The notes: generated by a model from the letters alone, not told the origin. Shown: positions 13,455-25,788, counted from the whole stretch's first letter. The stretch is DNA of 63,674 bases, filler included, from Pelomyxa schiedti (GCA_020536535.1; 13 parts of 13 records of this genome joined end to end with filler, not necessarily neighbours in it), one strand, 5' to 3'. Made by a program: numbers and translations.

Positions 13455-13554
13455 NNNNNNNNNNNNNNNNNNNNNNNNNNNNNNNNNNNNNNNNNNNNTT
13501 AATTAATTAANNNNNNNNNNNNNNNNNNNNNNNNNNNNNNNNNNNNNNNNNNNN
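13455..13554. other. Artificial contig linker (N-TTAATTAATTAA-N)
   Basis: Six-frame-stop spacer. It recurs at 16686-16785, 18148-18247, 25689-25788, 27625-27724, 30135-30234, 44933-45032, 49683-49782, 50994-51093, 56301-56400, 57459-57558 and 58686-58785. Plain 100-N scaffold gaps are at 30854-30953, 37935-38034, 43303-43402 and 54261-54360. Confidence 0.98.
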
Positions 13555-15489
13555 CCACACATACCAGTGTGACAAGGTGCGGAAATGCAGAAAGGATGTG
13601 GTGGAGGAGCCCACATGTTTCCAGGACCTGGCATGCACTGTCTGTATCTAATAGCCCTGAGTGTGGTATGCCGACACAAAGGGACAGGAACGTTGACCTC
13701 AGCTGTCATCTCAGTGTCAGTAAGTCCATCATCTAGTACACAAGGTGAAACTGAGAAAAAGAAGAAATAAGAAATATACCAGTGGCCAAGCTGTGGGAAA
13801 TGAATGTGGTCCTCTGGATTAGGTCATCTAAAGGGTAACCATGGGCTCGATTGTAAGCTCTGCTCCCTGTTCCTGTCTGTGTCTGCAATGTCCCCAGCAC
13901 CAGCTGGTTTTCAAATGTAAGAACGCGAAAAACAGAGAAGGTACATGCAGTTCCAGCTTGGTCCATAGAAGTCCCACAGCCAACGGTGTCATGTCACCAA
14001 CTCTCTGTTTTGCGGTGGGAAACTTGGAGAGGGAAAAAAAAAAGAAAAAAGCATGCCTGAGGTAACATGCACCGTATATAAACACCACATTGTACTTCCA
14101 CAACACGCACACACATTGACACGATGCATCACCAGCATGGTGTCACCAACACACCCATTATTTTTCTTTGTTTTTCTGTTTTCTCTCCCCAAGTTCCAAC
14201 TGCAAAATCGCAAACCCCACCAAGTGTAAAGAGCCCCCCAAACTCCGATGGTGGTATCTTCAAACAACACCTCATCAACCTGTCATTTTGAACACTCAAT
14301 TCTCCAGTCATTTGCACACCAGTGTAAATAAAGTTTTCATAATTTCCTTTTTTTTGTTCAAATTGTGTACTATTCTGGTGGTCACTGTCTACAATTTTGT
14401 GCAGCCCAGGCCCTGGCAAAGGCAACAATTATGGGGGCCTCCACTGACCCACAGTTGCATGCAATCAGTGCTAAGTGGACCTCCTGAACCCCTATAAACA
14501 AACAGCCGTTGTCACACACTAATTTGCTCCCAGCAACTCAAAAAACATTGGCTGAATAAAAAAACACCAGATCAATGATCATGATCTTGGGAGATGACAA
14601 ACAAAAAATGACTCAGTCCAGTGATTGTTGTATTCAGCCAATTAACTAAAACAAAAAAAAAAAAAACCCAAGAAGTGGTATGATGGTGCTTAGTAATCTG
14701 TGTCAAGATCCCACATCAAGATCCAACAGCACTACAAACTTAAGAACTTGATTGTACACTTGGCAGTGTAACCGAGGTAAACCTGCCATTGTCACTGATG
14801 GTGACACATCACTGGGGAGACTGGGATGGTGCTGTGTGATGTATTACAGTGATTGTTAGAGTTGTATGTACCAATGTTATTCTTACCATCCAAAATCGAT
14901 CTTTAGGTGGATCTAAGCTGCTGTTAGGTACCTAGTGAAGCCTTGACTTGCTAATAAGAGGAGTCTTAAAGGTAAGTAAAAAGATCTACTAAAGAAAACT
15001 TGTTTACCAAATCCTGCTTCCGTGGTAACTGTTTTGACCAGGTATCCAGCTTTTGTCTGGGGTTACATCAAAACACACACACAAAGAGAAATCAAATGGT
15101 CACTATAGTTGATACCTATTCCTGAGAAGCCATTTGTTTCAAAACAAATGTGTGTTTTGACATCACCCCAGACAAGAGCCAGATGTCTGGTCAAAACATG
15201 TACCATGGAAGTGAGTGTCACTTGTCGATGTGGAATACATTGTTATCTTGTAGTGTATTATGGTTACTCTTTGTCTTGCTCCATCAACCAAACAAAAAGC
15301 CACTCAAGTCTCCTCACAGTTTAAGATTGTGCACCAGCTATCTACCTGTGGGAACAGGAAGAGGTCAATGATGCAATCAGAGCTTGTGAGGTGGCCCGTG
15401 CTCCTCTCACCTCTTCATTCCCTTCAAATCAATAGTGGGGGAAAAAAAAAGGCTTCTTCATGAAAATATTCTTTAGTTTGGGACTTGGT

Positions 15490-16476
15490 TCAAGAGGAGC
15501 TACTTCGGCCATGTGAGTGTTCTTCAGTATCGTTGGTGTCAGCATCATCTATTTCTTCCTCTTCTTCTTCCTCAGCCTCAGCAGCTGGTGTCTCCTCAGT
15601 GACTACCATTGTCTTGGATTTGTATCAGGGGTAGAATGGGTAAATGTGAAAGGAAAAGGAGAACCTCAAAGTGACTGGCCATAGTATCAAGTCTCGCACC
15701 TTCCATAACTTCATCCACATTGAAAAAAGCATTACCTTCATCATCAGAGTCATCTGGACAGAGTGTTGAACAAATTGTGTAAATAAGACCACACACCAGG
15801 TGGGTCTGGGTTCATTGAGGACCCATCAGAAAATGCTTGGAACATGCGCTCAACTTGTTATGGTGAGTCCCAACTAAAAGGAATATTATCATACGTAAGG
15901 TAGGATCACTAGGAATGAATCGCGTTTCATGGTACCCATCAGAATAATCAGGGTCATCTACATGAGCATAAATGCAGGGCTGGTAGCCTGTGGTGGGATC
16001 CCGCGATATAGCATACAAGCTGATGTTATGGTAATCAAAATTCCTAGTTGCCCCTAGAGTGTACCAATATGCCTGCCTTCATAGCATTACACATTGGATG
16101 TTTTAAAGGTTTTTAAGAAAATCCTTTCAAATATGGCTCAGTGAAAGAGCACAAAACAAAAACAAAAAACACATAAAACATAGAAGACACGCAGGCCATG
16201 AATGCCACCACTGCACCAATCCAAATGAAAAAGAAAATACAAATGATGTTCTCACTTTGAAGTAAGCAGCAGAGCACCAACTCCCAACGAAACGTTGTCC
16301 CACAATACATTCACAGCAGCAAACGAGCCCAACGTAGCTTCGCCCTCACTCAGCTCGGGAGCCTGCACTTCAACTGCCGCCGTTGTCACAACTTCCGCGC
16401 TGCTCGCCGACGCCGTCGTTGTCACTGTTGACGTCACTTCCCTGCTCCCTTCATCGGTTCTCGTCGTCTCGTCCAT
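15490..16476 (-). CDS. CLNS1A: Methylosome subunit pICln (Voldacs domain), multi-exon
   Basis: SLGVGALLLTSK/…YWY…FDYHNISLYAISRD…PCIYAHV…ETRFIPSD…LERMFQAFSDGSSMNPD, followed by an acidic tail. Confidence 0.88.
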
Positions 16477-17191
16477 GGGCGGTATAAATTGAATAGAGGG
16501 GGAAAAAAAAAAGAGAACAGATTGGGGTGAATTTTCTTTAGATTAGCGCGATAGCCTCCTTTCGGCCTATGTTCAATGGAGCTATGATTTTACACCTACA
16601 AAGCCAGCTTGTGTTGACCTGGGAGGTCTGTACTGTTCTGGTAGGAGTCTATTTATTTGTTAATGCAGTTCTTTGTACAATGGCANNNNNNNNNNNNNNN
16701 NNNNNNNNNNNNNNNNNNNNNNNNNNNNNTTAATTAATTAANNNNNNNNNNNNNNNNNNNNNNNNNNNNNNNNNNNNNNNNNNNNCACCTTGGTGATAGA
16801 TTGTCGGTAGGTCCGCCACCTGAATAATATGTGGGCTGCCTGGGAAAGAAAAAAAAGAAGCCACCTACCAGCATCACTGTTCAATGTGCCGGAAATGCAG
16901 GAAAGGTCTGTGGTGTGCAACACTGGAACCTGTGTCTGGGTACCTACGTATCATGGTTGGGTGATAATACAAAGGGAGAGGGGGAGGTGGATTTACCGTG
17001 GTGATGACAAGTTGCAACACGACCTGGTTATAAAGTGTGAGAACTCGAAAAAGAAAAACAGAGAAGATACCTGTAGCTCTGGCTTGGTTTGGAAGACTGA
17101 CTGAGTGCCGCAGGGAATCAGCCCTATGTTGCCGTGAGGAAATGGAACACAACAGTAAGTTTAACACAAGACTAAGGTAGAACGATACAAG

Positions 17192-17298
17192 ACAAACAAA
17201 ACAAAACAAAACGAAACAACACGAAACGGAGCGAAATGAAACAAAACGAAACGAAACGAAACGAAACAAAACAAAACAAAACAAAACAAAACAAAACG
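17192..17298. repeat. (AAAAC/AAACG)n microsatellite
   Basis: Tandem pentamers directly visible. Confidence 0.9.
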
Positions 17299-18479
17299 CG
17301 AATAATATAGAGGTTTTTTATAAAAAGCAGACGACAACCTGCTGTATACGTGAGTTTGCTCTGTGTGTCTTCATATGTGATCCGTACGCTTTCCACCACC
17401 GGCCCCCGTCTGTGTGTTGTTTGTTTTGGTCACGACTCCGGGCCACCTCCATCATCGGGATGTGTTTTTTTTTTCTTGTTTGGGCAACTGATTGTTTTCC
17501 CGTTAATTCAGGGGTCTTGGCACTGCATGTGCGAACATTCAGAGGACTGCCACAGCTGTGGTAACATCCTCTGCAGGGTCCTGGAAGTGTGGGGAGCCGC
17601 GCGCCCGAAGAGGCACAGATTCGTTCTCTAAGGGAGAAAACCCCAAAAAGGTTTCAACAACCAAAAACGGACAGATTTCAGAGCAACTGGCTTTTCAAAC
17701 CCAACACGCTCTGCTGAACTTGAATCGTCAGGCCAATTTGACTCCCAGGAATTCAATTGAGAAGAAAGGGTGAACACAGTAGTGAAGCCAGCCTCAACCA
17801 ATAGCGACTAACTATATTTCGATCTCTCGAATTACCGATAGAAAAACGCTTTCAGAGGAAGAATCAGCAGTAGCGTAGTCAGCTATTCCAAGCGCACACC
17901 AAGAAGTTTACGTTGCTGACGCCGTATCGAATCTGAGACTAACAACGTTGGCCGGAGTAAATGGTGTCACTGGGTGTCGTGGGTTCCCACGAAGCTCCCA
18001 CAAGGGATCTTTTCGCATTGTTGCGCCCGCTGAGCCTTCCACGAAAACGCAGAACAGTACGTTACGCAATGTCGGCCGGGGAAACAGTAGATGAGGGTGA
18101 GGACGATTGCGTTGTAGTCGAGGTGAGGTCTCAACACGGTGCCGGCANNNNNNNNNNNNNNNNNNNNNNNNNNNNNNNNNNNNNNNNNNNNTTAATTAAT
18201 TAANNNNNNNNNNNNNNNNNNNNNNNNNNNNNNNNNNNNNNNNNNNNTTGTGTCAAAAACCAAGAAATTGGAGTTATTTGACCCCAAAAGTCCGGCCCCC
18301 CTCACTGTTTCTTTTTTCTTTATCCCGCTGATTCTTTATGTGGGGCCTCCTTGGGATCGAAAGAAAAAGAATAAGTGAGGGGTCCGCCAAAAGTACGTGT
18401 TCACCGGTGTGTTCATCCACCGAGATGGAACTAGTTCCATCTAGATATTTAGCTTTTTTCGATAAAACGAAAAAAAAAC

Positions 18480-21290
18480 ATGTGGGGCGGTCGAGATCCA
18501 CTCCTCTCAGCGATCGGTGCATCGTTGGTGCACCCGGCCAACACGCTGATGGTGATACTTGTGGATAGCAGCTGGTCCATGTCTGGTGCCTTTGCCCAAG
18601 TGAAAACAGTCATCCTCCCGTCGATAATCACACGGTGCCCTGAAGTGATGAAGAGCATCATACAGTTCTCCTCAGCCGTCCAAACGATTTGCCCCTTCGT
18701 AAAAGACGAGCCTCTTCTGCTTGAGTCTGTCGAAAGTATGACCTGACCATTTTTCCTTTTCTCTTTTTTCGTCACTTCACGTTTAAAAATGAATCTTGTT
18801 GCGTTCCTACTACTGCTTCCACCACCCACACCCTACGACTCTAATCGAACCTGCAGAGATGAGCCTCCTGGGAGGATCCACGAACATGCGCGACGCATTC
18901 AAGGCGACCACGCTCGCGTTCGAGAGAGCAGTGACAGACTCAAGCTCCCCCGTTGTGTTCTTCATCACAGTCGGGCAACCGGACAGAGCGCCAACCGTCG
19001 AAGTGAAAGAGCTTCTCAGTTTGGTGCGTCGTGTGTGCTTGTCGTACTACCCCCTCACACGACTTACGTCATTGGCACAATAGATTCCAAGGCCCACTAT
19101 CATTGGGATCGGGGTAGGGCCAGGGACCAACCTGACAAGCCTGATCAACATACTCCCCGGTCAACAGGTCTTCCACTTCACCGACTTTGCTCAGCTCGGG
19201 TCGATACTGGACCGGCTTATCACGGTTGCCAAGCCACCAATCCCGAACTTTCACCTGGAGTTCTCTCCAGCCGCAAACAAGCTCCAAAGGTGCTCTGAAA
19301 ACCTTGTTCTGAACTACAAGTTGTCCCCAAACACTTACCTCCAAGATCAAATTCCAGCGGTGAGTACCAACTTGAACGGGGGGTTTCATGGTGGCTTGAA
19401 TAGTTAGTAACCCATCCTTGCAGGGTGCTGTTCTCCGCTTCGTACCAAACAAGTTTTACTGTGGGGCTAGAGCTGTAACAAAGACAGTGGCGACTGAGGA
19501 CAACCCCGCATGTGGGCAGATCATACTTCGCCCAATCGGAAATGCACGTCTGGGAATCATTGGTTTGCCTGACATCCTGCTGTGGGACATCAAAATCGGA
19601 GCGGATATGTTTTCAGGGGGAATATCATCTCTTCTTGGTGAGCCTTTATTTTTTATTTTATTTTATTTTATTGAATTTTATTTTATTTTATTTTATTTTT
19701 ATAACCAAGACCAACCTTTGGTTGGTTTTTTTCCCCCACAGCATGGTTTAGTGAGGACTTTGTGCTGTCAAAGCCAATAAACGTGCTTATGTGGGGCTTC
19801 ATGGGTTCTGGCAAATCTTCCTTCATCAATGGCCTTGCTTCGGCGCTCAGTGGAGATCAAAGGGTTCTCAGAACAATCACGACGGCCAGGCTGCAAACTC
19901 ACGTCACAAGGAACTACCTGTCGCATCCCCTGGGATCAGTGTTCGTCCCTCCACTGAAGCCGGTTGAGAAGCTCATTTACAACAACATCAAGGTCCGGTT
20001 CTGGGACCCGTGGGGGCTTTCAGACGACAACTACACTCAAGTCAAGCTTAGGCACTTCCTGGAGGGCTACATCGCACACGAGGCTCCAATGAACGATTCC
20101 CGAATCACGGCCTCCGCTAAGCCACTCCCTGGGAATGCCATCCACGCTGTGATTTTTATCGTTCCAATCACCACCGCCAGGACCACTGCACTTCTGAAGT
20201 TGCTTGACGAGCAGGTTCTTCAGGCGATTGAACTTGGTGCCTGCTCTCTCCACAAACCACAAACCACAAACCAAGACAAGGATAAGCAACACAAACAAAC
20301 AAAACACATGTACTATAAGCGAACGCACACAGTGACATATTCAAAAAAAAAAAAGTGTGCATCATGAAGAGTCTAACCTTTGGCAGGGTACCAACCAATT
20401 GTGATCTGCAACATGTCAAACAAGCTCTTGTCATCTGATGAAAGGCAAGCAGGCTTCAAAAAAATTGTGGAAGCATCTCGTCTTCCAGCCAATAGGGTGT
20501 TCCTGTTTGATAACTACGAGGAGGAGACACTCAGAAACATGGCCGTCGATCTGACGTACCGCGAGATACTGAATCTGGTCATCCTGGAGGCGCGAAAGAA
20601 CCTCGCCTCTGGGGTGCCACCTGGTGCACCCTGGGAAATGCTTCAGGAAGAAGAAGAAGTGCACGTGAAACCCCCTCCCAGTGCACCCATGAAAGCCCGC
20701 CAGTTCACTGGGGGTAATGTCACCCTGGTTGGCACCGTCCGTGGCTGCGTCAGTGTCTCCTCCCCGTTGGAGACCCTCTCGTCCGTTCGCATGCTGGTGT
20801 ACGACGAGGGGCTCACGGACCCCCACAGCGGGCCCTTCTTCACCTTCGAAGGCGCCACCCAAGCTTCGGAGTTGAGGGTTCCATTATCTGAGAAGCTGCG
20901 CTTCGCGAATGGGATGTGGGAGCTTCACACCGTCGAGGCATCGGTTTTTTTCCTCCTCTATAGGTCGTCTCTCCCCCTTTCTCACCTTACTTTCAGAACA
21001 CGCCGCAGAGGGCACCCCTGCCCGACTTCAGGGGTGGCGACGTGATCTTCAAGGGCACCGTTCAAGGTTGCCTGCCTGGCCTGCAGCCTACTACTCCGCT
21101 GAAGGACGTGAGGAGGGCCCTCTGCGAAGAGGGGCTGTGCGAAGAGGAGCTCTCCTTCCTGTTTGGCGGCATTTCGCTGAGCGCAGAGGCGTCGACCCCG
21201 GTGTCCGACGTCGTCACTCCCGAGTCGGGTAAATTTTACATCCAGACCCAAGCTCCGACGGCTGGCCCTAAAACCGTGTGTCGCCCGTGA
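18480..21290 (+). CDS. vWA domain - linker - IFI44-like P-loop GTPase - two ubiquitin-like repeats (multi-exon; may continue into 21362-23350)
   Basis: vWA: ILVDSSWSMSG, GGSTNMRDAF, VFFITVGQP, IIGIGVG. GTPase: NVLMWGFMGSGKSSFINGLAS, HVTRNY, RFWDPWGL, IHAVIFIVP, VFLFDNYEEE...DL...EIL. Two repeats GGNVTLVGTVRGC...LSSVR and GGDVIFKGTVQGC...LKDVR. Exons join in frame, including one GC-AG intron near 20938-20996. Confidence 0.75.
19645..19701. repeat. (TTTTA)n intronic microsatellite
   Basis: Directly visible in an intron of the vWA-GTPase gene. Confidence 0.8.
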
Positions 21291-21361
21291 CTATTGCTTG
21301 TATCGGCACTCACTCTCCGCCAACCCCACAAACAAAACAAAAAACAAAAAAACAAAACAAC

Positions 21362-23350
21362 ATGGATAATCTTCTGGATGAAACGAAGTTGCTGGACGAA
21401 AAGATAAATGAGGCAACACAGAATGGCATCGACTGTGCCAAAATCAACCTGTTGTTTGGCACTGTGGGAGGTGAACAGGTGCAGCAAAGGGTGGCTGATG
21501 TGGTAAAAATGAAGTGCAGCGCCATCGAGGAGCGCCCAGGAGCGGAGTTCGAACTGGAGGATCTGGCAGGTTCACTGCTAACACTGAAGCCAGAGCTTTT
21601 GAGCTCCGTCAATGCTGTGATTGGCAAAGCTAAAGACCGCATGAGGAAGAACAATGAAAACCGGGAGCGGGTGCTTTCTCTGTTCAACGATAGATATGCA
21701 GAAGGGGTGCAAAGAGAACTCCTGAAGCTCAAAAAGGAATGGGACAAGAGTGTCTATGATAAACTGATTCTCGACCTGACTGGATCCTTCAACCAACTGT
21801 GTGTGGACAGGGCAAGCGTGTCCCCAAGTTCGTTTGAGTTCCTCTGGAAGGCCTCCAGTCTGATACAAGACCTCCCTTCCTCTGAGTTCACAAAGCTCTG
21901 CCAAGAGTTTCTGAGTATTTCCCTTGATATGATAAAAAAGATCCAGAAGGAAACGGAACCCATTGTCACTGCCGAATTCAACAAAGTTGCTTGCTTGCCA
22001 GGGCCCAAACAATCACAGCTCACTGGATTGGGACTGGTGCACTTCATATTGCCGTATTGTGCCAGACAGGAGGGTATATTCGCAGGGGATCCCCTTCGAG
22101 AGAAAGCTTCCAGCATGGTTAGAGAGTGTACCGCCCTGATGGAAGCCATAAAGAACCAGGCCAAGAAACTTCACAATGCTTTCCATTCTTCTCTAAGTTG
22201 CGGCAACTTCTTGGAGGTTACAACCATCCTGCCTGACATAAAGAGGTTGGAGTTGGGTCACAAGTGTCTGCAGCCACTGGTAGCCCAGCTCCAGTTGAAT
22301 CACCCTGCTTTTCCCACGTTTCAGGAATCTTGCGATAAAGTCAAGGAACAACTCGCCAAGATGTCTGCTGAATGCGATTATAAACTGGATGTTCACACTC
22401 CTGCCACCTTTGCAGAAGTTGAAGTGATCTGGAAATCTGAAGCTGCAGTGCATCACATGTTCAAGGAGGTACCTGAAACCACAGTCGAGTTTGAGATCAA
22501 GCAAAAGGTGACGAAGTTTTTCAATGAAAGGCACGCAACTGCTCTGAACCTGTGGGATGCAGAGCCCAGGAATTATGCAGCAATAAACGAACTCCTGGTT
22601 CTCTTCATAAACGGCAGGTCTCTCTGTGGCACTTTGAACATTGGGCCTCCCCAACAATTCATGGAAAAAGTGCTGGAGGGAGTAAGGACCGCTGCACTGC
22701 CACCTGTGCCAGATCAAAGCGAAGTTGCGAACATGCTTCGTGACGTTTCAACCCACAGCTGCTTCACGATAATGTGTCTGGACGAGAGTGGCTCAATGGA
22801 CAGAGATCCCTGGATTTCCCTGAAGACCGCTGTCGAAGCCTTTTGCACCCGGCGCATCTCACAATGCACACAAGCTTGCCTCCCTTGTGAAGATAGGGTC
22901 TGGGTGATTGGGTACACAGATAGTGCCTTCCACCGAATACCAAGTTCACTCGAGGCAGAACCTGAACGTCTTGTTTCCGGACTTAGTTCCCGCCTCACTC
23001 ACTTTGATGGTGGGATGACTTCTTTCCAAGCTCCACTTGCTGCTGTCAAGCAAGTATTGGATGGTCCAGGCACCAGAAATAGGCCCATTGCGGATATGAT
23101 GAAAGTGCTTCTGTTCACGACTTATAGCAAGTGTGACGACGGTGATGCCGAAATGCAAAAGCTGTACAACGCACACCCAGACTTGAAGGTGTTTGTTGTT
23201 GGCTTTGGGGAGGGGTGTGACGCCGAAAGGCTCAAAAGTCTAGCGGTACAAGGTCATGGCTCTTACTTCGCCGGACTAGACTCAGCAGCCCTTATGAGAG
23301 TGTTTGACACTTTGGCTACTGCTATCTCTGCCCCGGTGATGTTTGCTTGA
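21362..23350 (+). CDS. Long alpha-helical region plus C-terminal vWA domain (last exon of the upstream gene or a separate gene)
   Basis: About 660-aa open frame. vWA: FTIMCLDESGSM...WISLKTAV...GGMTSFQAPL...VFVVGFG...LKSLAVQGHGSYF...LMRVF. Confidence 0.8.
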   Translation: MDNLLDETKLLDEKINEATQNGIDCAKINLLFGTVGGEQVQQRVADVVKMKCSAIEERPGAEFELEDLAGSLLTLKPELLSSVNAVIGKAKDRMRKNNENRERVLSLFNDRYAEGVQRELLKLKKEWDKSVYDKLILDLTGSFNQLCVDRASVSPSSFEFLWKASSLIQDLPSSEFTKLCQEFLSISLDMIKKIQKETEPIVTAEFNKVACLPGPKQSQLTGLGLVHFILPYCARQEGIFAGDPLREKASSMVRECTALMEAIKNQAKKLHNAFHSSLSCGNFLEVTTILPDIKRLELGHKCLQPLVAQLQLNHPAFPTFQESCDKVKEQLAKMSAECDYKLDVHTPATFAEVEVIWKSEAAVHHMFKEVPETTVEFEIKQKVTKFFNERHATALNLWDAEPRNYAAINELLVLFINGRSLCGTLNIGPPQQFMEKVLEGVRTAALPPVPDQSEVANMLRDVSTHSCFTIMCLDESGSMDRDPWISLKTAVEAFCTRRISQCTQACLPCEDRVWVIGYTDSAFHRIPSSLEAEPERLVSGLSSRLTHFDGGMTSFQAPLAAVKQVLDGPGTRNRPIADMMKVLLFTTYSKCDDGDAEMQKLYNAHPDLKVFVVGFGEGCDAERLKSLAVQGHGSYFAGLDSAALMRVFDTLATAISAPVMFA

Positions 23351-23514
23351 AGTTATTTATTTGAACCCCTTAACTAATTTCAAATTTAGGGTTGTATGTT
23401 CAAAATTGAGGGTAGTGACTGTTATGTAGGACAATCCTGTCCAATTCCTTTTCATCCGTTCCGGTTGGATGTACAACCAAACGCAAGTGGAGGCATGACT
23501 TCACCACCAGAAAA

Positions 23515-24685
23515 GATGACACATGGCGAGACTTGCTTTGACGGAGCATCCCTTTTGCCAATAGGTTCTTATTTCATTATTAACTATCGTTGAGCTTAAC
23601 ACTTATTCTTATTGATTTTTGGGTGGAGAAACTGCTTGGCACCGGCTCAAATGCTGCTGTGTTCGAAGTGAAATTCCAAACCACAATATACAACTACAGC
23701 CTAACCCGTTCCCCATCATCATTGACTTCGTGTGCGAATGCCTGTGCTTCAGATTCTACAGCAGCAAAAGCAAGAGACATGGTGATGAAGATCATTTTCA
23801 ACTGGGAGAACACACCCCAGCAGGCATTATTGCAGAGCAAATACATGACTGAGTGTATTATCCTCTCATTGGTTCCAGATCACCCAAATGTGATCCACCC
23901 TCTTGGTGCTTTGGTCATCCCTTGGTATTTCTCCTCTTGCAAAGTAGCGCCTTTTTCAACTCCACCACAGCATGTCAGCTGAGTTTGTGGAGTCACCTTG
24001 TCATCGTTCTTCTCGTCATCCTCCATCAACCATTTGACGGTTGAAGGTGCATGGAATCTGTTTTTTCAAGGACTCCATGCCATCTGTCACATCGAGTCAC
24101 ATTTCATCGTTCACAGGTTCAGTCCCAATTCCCACTCGATGACCAACACTGTAACAAAAACACAGGGACATAAAGGGAGATAACATTCTCATTGACCCAG
24201 AGACTGGAAAGCTGACACTGATCGACTTTGGTGAGTCTCAGCACTGCCCAAACATGGAGGTACACCAGTCGGCCATGTCACCACCATGGGGAAACACTGG
24301 CACGATGCCACCAGAGCTGAGCCTTTTTCTCAAGAGGATAACAAGGGGAACAAGTGGTGTGTTCTCATACTCAAAGTGTGACTCCTTTGCACTCGCCCTC
24401 ACCTTCTGGAATGCCCTTCTGCCACAGTCCCACAGGTTCATTGGGAGCTCAATGAACGACGACATGAGCACGTTCAACACCCAGTCACTCCTCAGTCACT
24501 TCCCAGTGCCTTTGTTTTCTTTGGCAAGGTCACACTCACAACAACAGGCGAGGGAATCACCACAACAACAAACACGACAACACCAACATGACAGTGTGCT
24601 CGAGTCAGTGATGATTGGGATGATGAACCCTGACAAAGCAGCCAGGCTTGGTGCTGCTGATGCCATCCATGAACTCACTTCTTAG
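23515..24685 (+). pseudogene. PINK1-like Ser/Thr protein kinase, probably degenerate
   Basis: LLGTGSNAAVFEV, MVMKIIFNW, HPNVI, IVHRDIKGDNILI, IDFGES, WGNTGTMPPE, KCDSFAL. The hinge region appears deleted with a frameshift near 23995, and there is no clean acceptor or start upstream. Confidence 0.65.
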
Positions 24686-25788
24686 AGGATCGTCAATTAA
24701 GGCAATGCCACCACAAACAGGCTTTTGCCTGGTAGTCAAAATAAAAAGAATCAGTGTTTTTTTCCTTTTTTGGTGGGTTTTCCTTTGCTTTGGGGGGCAG
24801 GACTGGGACTGGTACTTTGGCAACCCCTCTTTGGCAGTGGTTGTTTTCCACCATGCTTTTCCTGTGGAGCTTTAGATCGCTTATGGGCTGCCACTTGGGT
24901 GGGAGAGTCTGATTCACTGTCACTTGCTTATTGCCCACCAGACGAGTCAGAAGAATGCTTAGGTGCTCTGGGGGAGCTATCTTTGTCTGACTCTGAAGAG
25001 GACTGATGATCTGTGATTAATGATTTAAAATCAAAATGCCATGTCCTCCTCAGGGGGTGTGCTGTAGGTCAAGCTGTGTACTGTCGTGGGTGCTCCAGTC
25101 AAAAGCTGCTGTTGCCATGTCTGTTGAGCCTCTGCTCAAGCCTGTTCACGATTCTGAGCAATAGTGTTTCTTTCATGCTCTGCAATTGTAGAAATGGAAC
25201 CCATCAGTCTGAACCAAGTGCTGTGCGACTGAATGTATCTTTTCCAGCAGTGAAGGTGGACCTGGTTACATGTTTAATGGGGAACAACTTCCAGTTATCA
25301 ATGTTTGTCTCAGGTACATCCTCTGATCAGCAGCCAAGTAGGTGTCAATTCCCAAATAGCTGATGTTGTCTCGGAGAGCCAGAGCACACAAATTAAAACC
25401 AGAATCAAAACCAAGCTGAAGGATGTTGGAGCTGTCTCCAAGAACCACACCCTGAAGTCAAATGGGGTCCAGTTTGGCAATTTGGGCCGGCCCCAGTAAA
25501 TGATACGTATTGTTCACCTTTCCCCGAAAGGAAAATTTCTGGGACTACGATCAGTTGCTTTAACAAAGGAAAAAAAAACAACACGTCGGTGGTGCCTGGA
25601 GCCCGGACCAAGTGACACCCACATGGACAGTGACCGTTGTGTGTGGTTGTTTGTCGTATTTTCCTTAAAAATAAAAATTATTATTTTANNNNNNNNNNNN
25701 NNNNNNNNNNNNNNNNNNNNNNNNNNNNNNNNTTAATTAATTAANNNNNNNNNNNNNNNNNNNNNNNNNNNNNNNNNNNNNNNNNNNN

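Noticed and set aside
13455-13554. Recurring palindromic TTAATTAATTAA flanked by Ns
   Set aside because: Artificial six-frame-stop contig linker; adjacency across these linkers has no biological meaning.
23350-24685. vWA gene next to a kinase as an operon-like vWA-kinase system
   Set aside because: The kinase looks like a degenerate relic, and adjacency alone in a eukaryote is weak evidence.
24700-25460. Degenerate minus-strand frame with S/D/K-rich tail
   Set aside because: Multiple stops and frameshifts, no family assignment.
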